Notes under the pieces: generated by a model
Told to the model about the DNA's origin: nothing
Seen by the model: only the letters and a program-made list of their open reading frames with translations
Database searches by the model: none
Shown: piece after piece, positions 29,139 to 38,215 of the stretch
How positions within the stretch are numbered: position 1 is the first letter of the stretch
How the letters are laid out: each line of letters opens with the position of its first letter
Origin: Minisyncoccota bacterium
Lineage (GTDB): Bacteria; Patescibacteriota; Minisyncoccia; Phycocordibacterales; PALSA-1337
DNA length: 59,823 bases
Direction: 5' to 3'
Assembly (NCBI GenBank): GCA_041665325.1
Contig: JBAYJB010000001.1
Coordinates: forward strand, 1 to 59,823
Program-made: the position numbers and the translations under genes

Positions 29139-29199
29139 TTCAAGAAACATTCAAGAAAAGTTCAAATATTCATGAATATTTGTTCAAGTTTCCATGAAG
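29139..29199. promoter_or_regulatory. Phased 11-bp hexamer array, copy B, between the 113-aa gene and livH
   Basis: TTCAAG 29139, TTCAAG 29150, TTCAAA 29161, ATGAAT 29172, TTCAAG 29183, ATGAAG 29194. Includes the perfect 18-bp palindrome AAATATTCATGAATATTT. Confidence 0.55.
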
Positions 29200-29253
29200 G
29201 GCGCTGCCCTTGCCCGCGCGGCAGGGAAATGGCTATACTAGAGCCACTCATCC

Positions 29254-30120
29254 ATGGACATCGTCCCCCAACTCATCGTCAACTCGATCATCGCCGGGGC
29301 GATCTACACGCTGGTGGCCCTCGGCTTCAACTTCATCTACGGCACGGTCAAATTCTTCGACCTCGGCTACGGCGCGCTCACGGCCGTCGGCGGCTACGGC
29401 GTATTCTGGCTCTATAAGATGCTCGGCGTACCTATATATATCGCGATCCCGGCCGGCGTGCTCATGTCCGGCCTGATCGGCTTCCTCATATACCGCCTGG
29501 TCTATGCGCCGCTTCGGGCCCGCAAATCCTCCGGCATGGTGCTCCTGGTCGGCTCGCTCGGCGCATTCACGGCCCTCCAAGCCGTCGTGGCCATCCTCTT
29601 CACCAGCCAATTCCAAACCCTCTCGCGCTCGGCCGGCGCGGAGTCGGTCTACTCCATAGGTGGCGGCGTGATCACCCACATCCAGCTCGTGATGCTGGCT
29701 TCGGGCCTCATCATCATGGCCGGCATGGCGCTCCTCCTCAAGTACACGATGTTCGGCAGGGCAGTCAAGGCAGTCGGCGACGATGAGGAAGTCTCCAAGA
29801 TTGTCGGCATCAATACGCCCAAGGTCATCGGCTGGGTCTTCTTCATCGGTTCGTGCATTGCCGGTTTGGCCGGCATCCTCGTCGGCTTCGACACCGGCAT
29901 CGAACCGACCATGGGCCTGTCGCTCCTTCTGAAGGGCGTGATCGCCTCGATCATCGGCGGCATCGGCAACATCTACGGCGGCGTCCTCGGCGCATTCTTA
30001 CTCGGCTTCATCGAGAATTTCGGCATCTGGAAGATCTCCGGTGAATGGAAAGACGCCATCGCTTTCGGCGTTTTGATTCTGTTCTTGTTGTTCAGGCCGC
30101 AGGGGATATTGAAGAGGTGA
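29254..30120 (+). CDS. livH: Branched-chain amino acid ABC transporter permease (LivH type)
   Basis: MDIVPQLIVNSIIAGAIYTLVALGFNFIYG is the typical LivH N-terminus. 288 aa, polytopic. Confidence 0.9.
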   Translation: MDIVPQLIVNSIIAGAIYTLVALGFNFIYGTVKFFDLGYGALTAVGGYGVFWLYKMLGVPIYIAIPAGVLMSGLIGFLIYRLVYAPLRARKSSGMVLLVGSLGAFTALQAVVAILFTSQFQTLSRSAGAESVYSIGGGVITHIQLVMLASGLIIMAGMALLLKYTMFGRAVKAVGDDEEVSKIVGINTPKVIGWVFFIGSCIAGLAGILVGFDTGIEPTMGLSLLLKGVIASIIGGIGNIYGGVLGAFLLGFIENFGIWKISGEWKDAIAFGVLILFLLFRPQGILKR

Positions 30121-30159
30121 TGTGGTAGGATTTTATTTACTATAAATTAAACTATTAAC

Positions 30160-31254
30160 ATGAATAAAAAAGCTGTTTGGGGAATAGTTGCCGTAGTTAT
30201 CATAGTACTCATTGCTTTAACAATCTCGAATGTTTCAAATAAGAAGCCTTTTGAAGTAATTACTGGAAAGCCTATAGTTATCGGAGCCCCGCTATCTCTC
30301 TCCGGTGCCGCGGTGCAGGATGGGGAGAGTATCAAGAATGGCCTTGAGATGGCAAAAGCCGATCTCGCCAAGAAGGGGGTGAATGTCGATATCATCTATC
30401 AGGACGACCAGACAGATGGCAAGGGCACAGTGAGTGCCATCCGTGCTCTCGCCGCGAAGGGGGCGCAAGCTCTCATCGGTCCGACATGGAGCTTCCTGGC
30501 TGATGCCGGCGTCCCAGTCGCTGATCAGCTCGGCCTCGTAACAGTCATGCCTGCTAATACTTCGGAGTATGTCGGTGCCAAGAGCCCATATGCCTTCTTT
30601 ACCACAATCAAGGTCCATCAGCTCGTGCCGGCGCTAGCTCAATGGTTGAAGGATAATGACAAGAAGAGCATCGCCATCGTCTCCAATCAGGGCTCGTGGT
30701 ATTCGACGGTTGAGAAAGCGGTGAGAGAGGCTGCTGCTTCGGTTGGTGCGAGTATAGTATTCACTGATACCCTTGTCTTTGGGCAAGAAGCATCGACTCT
30801 GCCTACGGTCCTGACAAAGATGAAGGCGTCAAAGGCCGACGTCCTCTTCATGGAAGTGGATAGCGACGATGGAGTGGCCGTGATGTTCAAGAAGATACGT
30901 GAGTTGGGTATGACTCAGGACATCATGTCGATCTCGACGAGTCTTGGCAGAGTACTCCGAGCCAACCCCGATGGATTCAATTTTAGCAACAAAGTCTACG
31001 TCCTTGCTCCAAAGACGTCGGAGGCATTCACGAGTAAATACGAGAGCGTTTATGGCCAGAAGCCGTCTGCCTATGCTGACACCGCGTATGATTCACTCAT
31101 GCTCCTCGTCGATGCCATCGAGAACAAGGGTTCGTTGCCGCTCGCTGATTATCTGAGGACAAAGACCAACTACAAAGGCCTCTCCCATGAATACAAGTTC
31201 GACTCGAATGGCGACATCGTAGGTGGGGAGTGGGTTGTAGATATGGTTAAGTAA
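30160..31254 (+). CDS. LivK-type substrate-binding protein (SBP4)
   Basis: Anchor MNKKAVWGIVAVVIIVLIAL, then KPIVIGAPLSLSGAAVQDGESIKNGLEMA. Confidence 0.85.
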   Translation: MNKKAVWGIVAVVIIVLIALTISNVSNKKPFEVITGKPIVIGAPLSLSGAAVQDGESIKNGLEMAKADLAKKGVNVDIIYQDDQTDGKGTVSAIRALAAKGAQALIGPTWSFLADAGVPVADQLGLVTVMPANTSEYVGAKSPYAFFTTIKVHQLVPALAQWLKDNDKKSIAIVSNQGSWYSTVEKAVREAAASVGASIVFTDTLVFGQEASTLPTVLTKMKASKADVLFMEVDSDDGVAVMFKKIRELGMTQDIMSISTSLGRVLRANPDGFNFSNKVYVLAPKTSEAFTSKYESVYGQKPSAYADTAYDSLMLLVDAIENKGSLPLADYLRTKTNYKGLSHEYKFDSNGDIVGGEWVVDMVK

Positions 31255-31259
31255 TCAGT

Positions 31260-32348
31260 ATGAATAAGAACAAGACCATCTGGATAATAGTGGGAATAGT
31301 AGTGATAGTGTTGATTGTTATCTTCGCTACCCGATCGAAACAGGGCATATTGCCTGCAAGCACGCCGTTTAAGATCGGAATAGTTTTACCACTATCTGGT
31401 CCAGCTGCCGCACTCGGGGAAGCTTCGAAAAACTCTGTAAACTTGGCGTTATCCAAACTTTCCCCAAGTGAACAAGCTAAGATTGTGCTCATCTATGGAG
31501 ATGACCAGCTTGATCCCAAGCAGACGGTATTAGTCACACAGAAACTTATCGATGTAGATAAGGTAGATGCACTCGTGACCTATAGCTCGCCTTCATCAGT
31601 GGCCGCTTCCTATATTGCAGAGAAGAACTCCGTACCGATGATTGGACTCGGCAATTCTACGGATATCAATTCTGGCAAGCAGTGGGTCATCAGATACATG
31701 CTGGGTCCAGAAGCTCAGGCAGCTGCGATCGAGAATCTGCTCCTCAAGGGTAAATATCATAAAGTCGCCATGGTATGGAATCAATCAGATGGTCCCAAAT
31801 CCGTGCACGATGCCCTTGCAAAGATGTTGCCGGAAAGGGGATACACCATTGTTGCAGACGAATCAGTAGCGAAGGGCGAGAATGATTTCAAGACCTCAAT
31901 AACCAAGATCAGGTCTGCCAAACCCGATGTGGTTGTTGTCTACATCTCTCCTCAAACAGGAGTGTTTGCCAAACAGGCCAAAGATCTTTCTCTCAATGCT
32001 CCCTTGGTCGGCGGGCCGACCTTCGAGATCGTGGACCAGATCAAAGCAGCCGCGGGTGGCATGGACGATCAATTGTTTGCTAGCAATGACAATGTCTCAT
32101 TTATAAACAATTATTATGCCAAGTATGCTTCATATCCGACGATCGCCGGAGATTATATATATGATGCCATCACTCAGTTGGCCACTGTTGCGAATCAGCC
32201 GGATGTCTCTAGAGAGAGCATCATGAAGTATTTGAAAAATAGCTTTTCTGGGGTAGCAGGGAATTATATCTACAATGGAGACGGTTCATTCGATGTGGTT
32301 CAAGTCGTCAAGAAATGGGACGGTCAGGAATTTGTAGTTATTAAGTGA
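31260..32348 (+). CDS. LivK-type substrate-binding protein (SBP5)
   Basis: Anchor MNKNKTIWIIVGIVVIVLIVIF, then FKIGIVLPLSGPAAALGEASKNS. Confidence 0.85.
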   Translation: MNKNKTIWIIVGIVVIVLIVIFATRSKQGILPASTPFKIGIVLPLSGPAAALGEASKNSVNLALSKLSPSEQAKIVLIYGDDQLDPKQTVLVTQKLIDVDKVDALVTYSSPSSVAASYIAEKNSVPMIGLGNSTDINSGKQWVIRYMLGPEAQAAAIENLLLKGKYHKVAMVWNQSDGPKSVHDALAKMLPERGYTIVADESVAKGENDFKTSITKIRSAKPDVVVVYISPQTGVFAKQAKDLSLNAPLVGGPTFEIVDQIKAAAGGMDDQLFASNDNVSFINNYYAKYASYPTIAGDYIYDAITQLATVANQPDVSRESIMKYLKNSFSGVAGNYIYNGDGSFDVVQVVKKWDGQEFVVIK

Positions 32349-32362
32349 ATTAACCAATTATC

Positions 32363-33463
32363 ATGAATAAGAAAGCAGTTTGGTCAATCGTCGCAGTCAT
32401 CATAATCATACTTATTATTGCTGGCGTTAGAAACAGCAATCAGTCTGCCGATGATGGTCAGATCAAGATCGGCGTGATGTTCATGCTTACGGGAGATGGT
32501 GCGGCTTGGGGCGAGAATGCCAAGAAGGGGGCAGACATCGCTTTCGAGGAATATAATGCCGCCCACCCGGACAAGCCAGTCGCTGTCATTTACGGTGATA
32601 CCAAGACTGACGCCAAAGAAGCCGTCTCTGTATTCAACAAGCTGACTTCTTTGGACAAGGTCGACTTCATCGTTGGCCCATTGTTCCAACATGAGTTAGC
32701 AGCTATCGATCCGCTCATCCAGAAGAAGGGTCTTCCTGTCATCGCACCTGGGTACTTCTCTCGAGAAAACAGGACCAATCTAAAGAACCCTCTTCTTATG
32801 TGGTTGGATGCCATGATCGAGACTGATCGCATCGCTGATTATGTGATCAAACAAGGATTCAAGACTGTGTCGATCATCAATTCTGCCGATGGCTGGGAAA
32901 GCTCGGTTGGCGCCGAGTTTGAGAAGAAGATGAAGGAAGCTGGTGTGAAGGTGCTTGCGCATGAGACAGTGCAGATCGACGCTTCGGATGTGAGACTGCC
33001 AGTCACCAAGATCTTGGCGGGCAAACCCGAAGCAGTCTTCGTCGCAACGTATATGCAGTATGTGAATGCTACAAAGGCGATCGGCGAACAGCAGTACAAG
33101 GGCAAGCTCTTCAGCATCGAAATCGACGAATATCTAGCGGGGGAGACAAAGAACTTCGTATCCGAGATGTTGGCTATCAATCCGGACCGTTATCAGTCTG
33201 GTTTCAGCGAAAAGTTCGAAAAGAGATATGGGACCAAGCCCGGCATGCCTTCAGGCCATGCGTATGACGCGGTCAGTTTGCTGCTCTCCTCTATAGCCAA
33301 GGATAGCGACCCCAAGAGTGTGTTGGAAGATTTCAGGACTAGGACTTCATACGAAGGAGTCTCTGGTCTAGTAGAGTTTACGGCTGATGGCAGGACGCTC
33401 TTCCCCACGGCGCTATACCAGATCAAGGGAGGAGTATTGAATAGGGTAACTGCGTTGGAATAA
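32363..33463 (+). CDS. LivK-type substrate-binding protein (SBP6)
   Basis: Anchor MNKKAVWSIVAVIIIILIIA, then QIKIGVMFMLTGDGAAWGENAKKGADIAFEE. Confidence 0.85.
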   Translation: MNKKAVWSIVAVIIIILIIAGVRNSNQSADDGQIKIGVMFMLTGDGAAWGENAKKGADIAFEEYNAAHPDKPVAVIYGDTKTDAKEAVSVFNKLTSLDKVDFIVGPLFQHELAAIDPLIQKKGLPVIAPGYFSRENRTNLKNPLLMWLDAMIETDRIADYVIKQGFKTVSIINSADGWESSVGAEFEKKMKEAGVKVLAHETVQIDASDVRLPVTKILAGKPEAVFVATYMQYVNATKAIGEQQYKGKLFSIEIDEYLAGETKNFVSEMLAINPDRYQSGFSEKFEKRYGTKPGMPSGHAYDAVSLLLSSIAKDSDPKSVLEDFRTRTSYEGVSGLVEFTADGRTLFPTALYQIKGGVLNRVTALE

Positions 33464-33471
33464 TCAATAAC

Positions 33472-34578
33472 ATGAACAAAAAAATCATCTGGACCATATT
33501 AGTAGTAATCATCATAGTAGTGATCATCGCCCTATTCGGGCGCAGCAAACCTGTTGAGGGCACAATCAGGGTCGCTGCCGCCATTCCTCTGACAGGCAAC
33601 TACGCCTCCATAGGCGAGAAGATCAAGAACGGTCTCGAGGCGGCTCGGGCCGACATCGAAGCTAAGGACGGAACAAAAGTCGAGATAGTCTACGAAGATG
33701 CTTGCTTGCCGAAAGAGATCACCTCGGCCGTCCAGAAGCTCATCAACATCGATAAGATCACGATCATCAACCAGTTCTGCGCCGTCGGTATAGTTCCTGC
33801 CCTGGTCATCACAGAGCCGGCAAAAGTGATCTCCGTCGAAATAGCAGCGAACGTCGATGATCTTCTGGGCAAGCAATACTTCTTCTCTCCGAACTTTGCC
33901 GTCCGTGACAATGCCAAAACTATTGCGGAGTTCGCGGTCAACGACCTCAAAGCCAAGAAGGCCGCTTTCATCTATTACAATACCCAATTCGGCAAAGACT
34001 ATACGAAGTACACTAGCGCCAGGTTCAAAGAACTGGGCGGGACTGTCGTCGCCGATGAGATGACCAATCTCGATGTGATGGACTTCAAGACAAATCTAGC
34101 CAAGATCAAAGTCGGCAACCCAGACGTCATCTTCGTGACGCAACTGACTGGCGCCTTAGCAACTATCATCAAGCAGGCGAGGGATCAGGGCCTGGATATC
34201 CCTATAGTGGGCAATTACCAGAACGAAGACCCGACGGTTTTGAGTGCGGCTGGCCCTGCTGCGGAGGGCTTCATCATCTCCTCGGCTGATCCGGCGATCC
34301 TAAGCGCGAACTATTCGGCCTTTAGAGAGTCGTTTGAAGAAGTCTACAAGGTACAGCCAGATGTCTTCGCCTCGAATGCCTATGATGCCTTGCACATCGA
34401 GGTAGCGGCGATGAAGAAGTGCGGTAATGATACCGATTGCATCCGCTCAGAGATTCACAAGATCAAGGATTACAAAGGAGTGAGCGGCACTATCACGATC
34501 AATGCCGATGGTGTGGCCGTCAAACCGACGGTATTCAAGGTGGTGAAGGATGGGAAGTTTGTGTTGTATAATCAGTAA
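33472..34578 (+). CDS. LivK-type substrate-binding protein (SBP7)
   Basis: Anchor MNKKIIWTILVVIIIVVIIAL, then TIRVAAAIPLTGNYASIGEKIKNGLEAA. Confidence 0.85.
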   Translation: MNKKIIWTILVVIIIVVIIALFGRSKPVEGTIRVAAAIPLTGNYASIGEKIKNGLEAARADIEAKDGTKVEIVYEDACLPKEITSAVQKLINIDKITIINQFCAVGIVPALVITEPAKVISVEIAANVDDLLGKQYFFSPNFAVRDNAKTIAEFAVNDLKAKKAAFIYYNTQFGKDYTKYTSARFKELGGTVVADEMTNLDVMDFKTNLAKIKVGNPDVIFVTQLTGALATIIKQARDQGLDIPIVGNYQNEDPTVLSAAGPAAEGFIISSADPAILSANYSAFRESFEEVYKVQPDVFASNAYDALHIEVAAMKKCGNDTDCIRSEIHKIKDYKGVSGTITINADGVAVKPTVFKVVKDGKFVLYNQ

Positions 34579-35446
34579 CTTGGAATACCTCATCCACATC
34601 GCCATATTGATCGCCATCTACGGCATCCTCGGGTTGTCGCTCAATCTCGTGGTCGGCTATACCGGCCTCCTATCGGTGACGCAGGCGGCTTTCTACGGCA
34701 TGGGCGCGTACACGAGCGCCATCCTCATCACTTCGATGGGCATGAATTTCTTCTGGTCGCTCCTCCTCGGCATGCTCGTGACCGGCGTCTGTAGCCTGGC
34801 GATCGGCTTCGTGCTCTCCAAGTTCCGGGAAGACTACTACGCGCTGGGCTCATTTGGCTTCAACATCATCGTCTACAGCATCTTCCTCAACTGGCAGTCG
34901 CTCACCCGCGGCCCTCTCGGCATCCCTGGCATCTCTCGGCCGTCCCTGTTCGGCTTCACATTCTCGGAGAATCTCTGGTTCCTGATCCTCTCGGTCGTGA
35001 TCTTGGCTGTCATCTTCCTTGTCTGCCAATACATCACCAACTCTTCATTCGGCCGCGTCCTCAAGGCCATCCGCGAAGATGAGGAAGCCATCGCCGTTTT
35101 TGGCTATCGCACGCTCTGGTACAAGCTGGCCATATTCGTGATCGGCGCCATGATCGCTTCGGTAGCCGGCTCGCTTTTTGCATCGTACATCACCTTCATC
35201 GACCCATCGTCGTTCGCGCTCATGGAGTCCATCTTCATCCTGGCTATCATCATCTTGGGCGGCCTGGCCAACAACCGCGGCTCGATCATCGGGGCGGTCT
35301 GCCTCATCCTCCTGCCTGAGATCCTGCGCTTCGTGGGCTTCCCGGACGACGTGGCCGCCCAGATGCGCCAGGTCACTTACGGCGTGATCCTGATCCTCTT
35401 GATGCTCTACCGGCCGCAGGGCTTGGTGGGGGAGTATAAGCTGTAG
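34550..35446 (+). CDS. livM: Branched-chain amino acid ABC transporter permease (LivM type)
   Basis: GLSLNLVVGYTGLLSVTQAAFYGMGAY is typical of LivM. ATG 34550 overlaps SBP7 by 29 nt. An alternative TTG at 34580 follows the SBP7 stop. Confidence 0.88.
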   Translation: MGSLCCIISNLEYLIHIAILIAIYGILGLSLNLVVGYTGLLSVTQAAFYGMGAYTSAILITSMGMNFFWSLLLGMLVTGVCSLAIGFVLSKFREDYYALGSFGFNIIVYSIFLNWQSLTRGPLGIPGISRPSLFGFTFSENLWFLILSVVILAVIFLVCQYITNSSFGRVLKAIREDEEAIAVFGYRTLWYKLAIFVIGAMIASVAGSLFASYITFIDPSSFALMESIFILAIIILGGLANNRGSIIGAVCLILLPEILRFVGFPDDVAAQMRQVTYGVILILLMLYRPQGLVGEYKL

Positions 35447-35452
35447 TGGAGG

Positions 35453-35480
35453 TTGACAAGGCTTTCTGGTTTGATAATAT
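35453..35480 (+). promoter_or_regulatory. Near-consensus promoter with extended -10 for a candidate small RNA (RNA2)
   Basis: TTGACA 35453-58, 16-nt spacer, TGATAATAT with TAATAT at 35475-80. Confidence 0.5.
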
Positions 35481-35486
35481 GATGGG

Positions 35487-35580
35487 CACCCTGGCCTTCG
35501 GGCTCCGAGGTACCCTTCTTAAGATAAATCTTTTGGATAGAGGGAAGCCGTGAACCCCGCAGAGATGCGGGGTTTGAAAT
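35487..35580 (+). ncRNA. Candidate small RNA (RNA2), convergent on MazF-like gene 1
   Basis: Hairpin GGGCACC..GGCC-TTCG-GGCT..GGTACCC and terminator AACCCCGCA-GAGA-TGCGGGGTT plus TTGAAATTT at 35553-35580. It ends at the toxin stop codon (35581). It shares the 15-mer GGCCTTCGGGCTCCG with RNA3. Confidence 0.4.
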
Positions 35581-36000
35581 TTAATCGGACAAGTTTACAT
35601 TTTGTAGGAGCATGAAGGCCAGCATCATTAGGGTCTTCCAGAATTCCATCTCTTTTACTTGGCCTATCTTTCTTAGTAGGCGTTTGCTACTGATAGTTCT
35701 GATCTGCGATGGCACTATGTGTGATTCCGTTCCCGTGCTTTTGGTCGTTATGCCTCGGTTCCTGTCGCTGATCTTGCTCGTGAGAGGCACTATCCAGAGG
35801 CGGTCGTTACTTATCTTCTTGATGATAAGAACAGGTCTTTCGAAGAGATCATTTTTCCCGTCCTGTTCGGAGCCTATATTGACGCCCAAGGCGCACCACC
35901 AGACCTCTCTTTCGTGGAAGAAGTCCTCGAAATTGGTCTTATTGATCTGTTCGGCATAAGCCGCCCATTTCTTGAAATCTTTGATGTATTCCTTGTCCAT
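35581..36000 (-). CDS. PemK/MazF-fold toxin-like protein with no adjacent antitoxin ORF (T1)
   Basis: REVWWCALGVNIGSEQDGKNDLFERPVLIIK aligns with MazF GDLIWVDFDPTKGSEQAGHRPAVVLS; also IVPLTSK and SQIRTISSKRL. TAGAGT-N6-ATG lies upstream. Confidence 0.75.
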   Translation of the reverse strand: MDKEYIKDFKKWAAYAEQINKTNFEDFFHEREVWWCALGVNIGSEQDGKNDLFERPVLIIKKISNDRLWIVPLTSKISDRNRGITTKSTGTESHIVPSQIRTISSKRLLRKIGQVKEMEFWKTLMMLAFMLLQNVNLSD

Positions 36001-36023
36001 CGTGCTACTCTAACAAATGGGTG

Positions 36024-36084
36024 TTCAAATAATCTTCAAAAAAGGTTCAAATTTTAATGAAGAAAGGTTCAAATCCTTATGAAT
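36024..36084. promoter_or_regulatory. Phased 11-bp hexamer array, copy C, between MazF-like gene 1 and SBP8
   Basis: TTCAAA 36024, 36035 and 36046; ATGAAG 36057; TTCAAA 36068; ATGAAT 36079. Same order and spacing as copy B. Confidence 0.55.
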
Positions 36085-36128
36085 TTTTATGGTTTGCTAA
36101 ATTTCAGCAATTTTTATATGCTTTGGGC

Positions 36129-37268
36129 ATGAATAAAAAATACATCTGGGGCATCGTGATCCTGGTAGTAATCATCATCATTCTTGGCCTCATCGTCTGG
36201 GGCGTAAGGTCGTCTGGGACGGAGAGATTGAATCTAAATGAACCAGTAAAAATAGGCGGGTTGTTCAATCTAACTGGTTATGGTGGTTTTGCCGGAGAGG
36301 CTTCTAGAGACGGATTTATCATGGCGATTGAAGACGCAGACTTACCGGAGGGTATGATCGAGACTGTCATAGAAGATGGTCAATCTGACCTCAAGGCCGT
36401 TGTTTCTGGAGCGACCAAGATGACAGAGATAGACAAGGTCATCGCGGTTATTGGTCCTGAGTGGACAGAGTTTGGCGAGGTTGCCGCTCCGATCGCTGTC
36501 AGGAATAAGATTCCGTTTATCTCACCATGGATCGTTGCGGAAATACCGTTTGTCAAACCACCATACTTCTGGTCAGCTAGCCCAAGTTATCGTTCTGAAC
36601 ATGCCGCCTTAGCCGCATATCTCGCAAAGAAAGGGTTAAATAGAATTTCCGTAGTGTACTCGAAGAATGCTTGGTCATTTGCAGATTTAGAGATGTTTAA
36701 GGAAGAGGCGGCGAAGTACTCTACGTTGACTTTCATATCCGAGCAGGGATTGGATCAAACTACGCGTGATTTCCGTACGGTTATCGCTAAGATTAAGTCA
36801 GACAAACCAGATGAAGTGTATGTAGCGATAGCGGAAGATGATGCTTATGGCGCATTTCTGTCTCAGGCTCGTCAGGGCGGTATTATCGTCCCTATAAGCA
36901 CATTCTCTTCCCGTGCTACCTCGGAGGTGATAAAAGATCGTTATCCTCAAGCTCTTCCCGGACAGCTGTTCGCTGATTCTGCTCCGGCAGAACGTTCCAC
37001 AGAATTTGCTGATAAATATGAGAAGAGGTTTGGGAAGAAGGTGGGGGCCCCAAGTGCTGCTGCGACATATGACATGTTGACGGTCATACTCAACGCTGTG
37101 CGATCGGGGGCACGAACTTCTCCAGAAGTGATCTCTTATATGCAGAAGATGTCTGCGTTTGAGGGGTATTCCGGCCAGATTCATTTTGATGAACAGGGAC
37201 ATCTTCCGTTGCGTAAGGCGGTTGTACGACTGGTCAATACTGATGGCATAGCAGAGGAAGTGAAATAA
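36129..37268 (+). CDS. LivK-type substrate-binding protein (SBP8)
   Basis: ATG 36129 gives the MNKKYIWGIVILVVIIIILGLIVWG anchor, then PVKIGGLFNLTGYGGFAGEASRDG. TATGCT-N6-ATG lies upstream. Confidence 0.85.
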   Translation: MNKKYIWGIVILVVIIIILGLIVWGVRSSGTERLNLNEPVKIGGLFNLTGYGGFAGEASRDGFIMAIEDADLPEGMIETVIEDGQSDLKAVVSGATKMTEIDKVIAVIGPEWTEFGEVAAPIAVRNKIPFISPWIVAEIPFVKPPYFWSASPSYRSEHAALAAYLAKKGLNRISVVYSKNAWSFADLEMFKEEAAKYSTLTFISEQGLDQTTRDFRTVIAKIKSDKPDEVYVAIAEDDAYGAFLSQARQGGIIVPISTFSSRATSEVIKDRYPQALPGQLFADSAPAERSTEFADKYEKRFGKKVGAPSAAATYDMLTVILNAVRSGARTSPEVISYMQKMSAFEGYSGQIHFDEQGHLPLRKAVVRLVNTDGIAEEVK

Positions 37269-37335
37269 CAAGATTATACCCATGATCAAAAACCTCTCTG
37301 GAAGGGAATGAGTGGTTTGCAAGTCGGAACGGTAG

Positions 37336-38142
37336 TTACTTCTTCGAATTCTCCCACAGATTATCAAACAGGAGTTTCATAGTCTCTGCGAACTCTTTGC
37401 TGTGCACGGTGAAGGCGATCTTTTCCGCGCCGCCGGAGGCAAACAGGCACTTGTTGCCGTAGAGCCAGAAGTTCATCTTCCATTTGGCGTTCTTGGGTAG
37501 ATAGCGGACCGACACAAGGTTGTCCTTGGCGTCATTCTTGAGCCACTCATGCTTCTTGTCACCCTGGATCTTGCGGTCCTCGTGCTTCTCGATAGCGTAG
37601 ATGAAGACGTCGTACTTGAAGCGTTGCGTGCCGTGCCACTTGAAGAAATCCTCGTCGATCGAGATCATGTCGCGTGTGGCCCAGAGCATGTGGGTCTCGG
37701 TGATGCCGCGCTCCCACATCATGTCCCTGAATGCCTGCTTGATCCCGAGCGTGCCGGCATAGAACTTGACCTTGGGGCGGGCGACTGAGTCCACCTTGTT
37801 GTGTCCCTTCACGAATGAGATCAAGGACGCTTGAGCGTTCTTGAGTTCCGTGAGCTTCTTCTCGTGTGCGCGGGTAAGCTGGTCAAGATCAGAGACTCCA
37901 AATGTCTTACCGCGTCCGTCATTGTATTCGTTGATCAGGCTCTCGGCCAAGAGGGGAGTGACCCCGTCGTATATGGTGGATTTGGGCATATTGAGCCGCG
38001 AAGAAAGCTCGGCCACGGATGAAGTGCCATGGTTGATGATATCGAGAAGGATCTTCTTGGATGGGGCCGCCAGGCCGAAGATATCCAGAAAATGCCCCTG
38101 TTCCCCGTTGTTTTCTCTAGCATTCGCTTTTCGCCGAATCAT
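37336..38142 (-). CDS. TrmB-like winged-helix transcriptional regulator (paralog 1)
   Basis: N-terminal HTH: KKILLDIINHGTSSVAELSSRLNMPKSTIYDGVTPL. About 270 aa. ATG 38142 is preceded by TATCTT-N6. The track start 38148 is TTG. Confidence 0.6.
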   Translation of the reverse strand: MIRRKANARENNGEQGHFLDIFGLAAPSKKILLDIINHGTSSVAELSSRLNMPKSTIYDGVTPLLAESLINEYNDGRGKTFGVSDLDQLTRAHEKKLTELKNAQASLISFVKGHNKVDSVARPKVKFYAGTLGIKQAFRDMMWERGITETHMLWATRDMISIDEDFFKWHGTQRFKYDVFIYAIEKHEDRKIQGDKKHEWLKNDAKDNLVSVRYLPKNAKWKMNFWLYGNKCLFASGGAEKIAFTVHSKEFAETMKLLFDNLWENSKK

Positions 38143-38169
38143 GGACAAAAGATAGCACCGAGGTAAGAT

Positions 38170-38198
38170 ATTGGCAAGTTGTTGAATTATATGCCAAT
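38170..38198. promoter_or_regulatory. Inverted repeat (candidate operator) in the TrmB-like / SBP9 divergent intergenic region
   Basis: ATTGGCA 38170-76, N15, TGCCAAT 38192-98. A -10-like TACACT at 38204-09 lies 6 nt before ATG 38216. Confidence 0.4.
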
Positions 38199-38215
38199 TA
38201 AGCTACACTAATACT

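Noticed and set aside
36057-36128. Upstream extensions of SBP8 (36057) and SBP10 (41464)
   Set aside because: All other SBP paralogs begin with M(N/K)K directly followed by the hydrophobic anchor. The internal ATGs at 36129 and 41677 restore that pattern and have -10-like hexamers 6-7 nt upstream.
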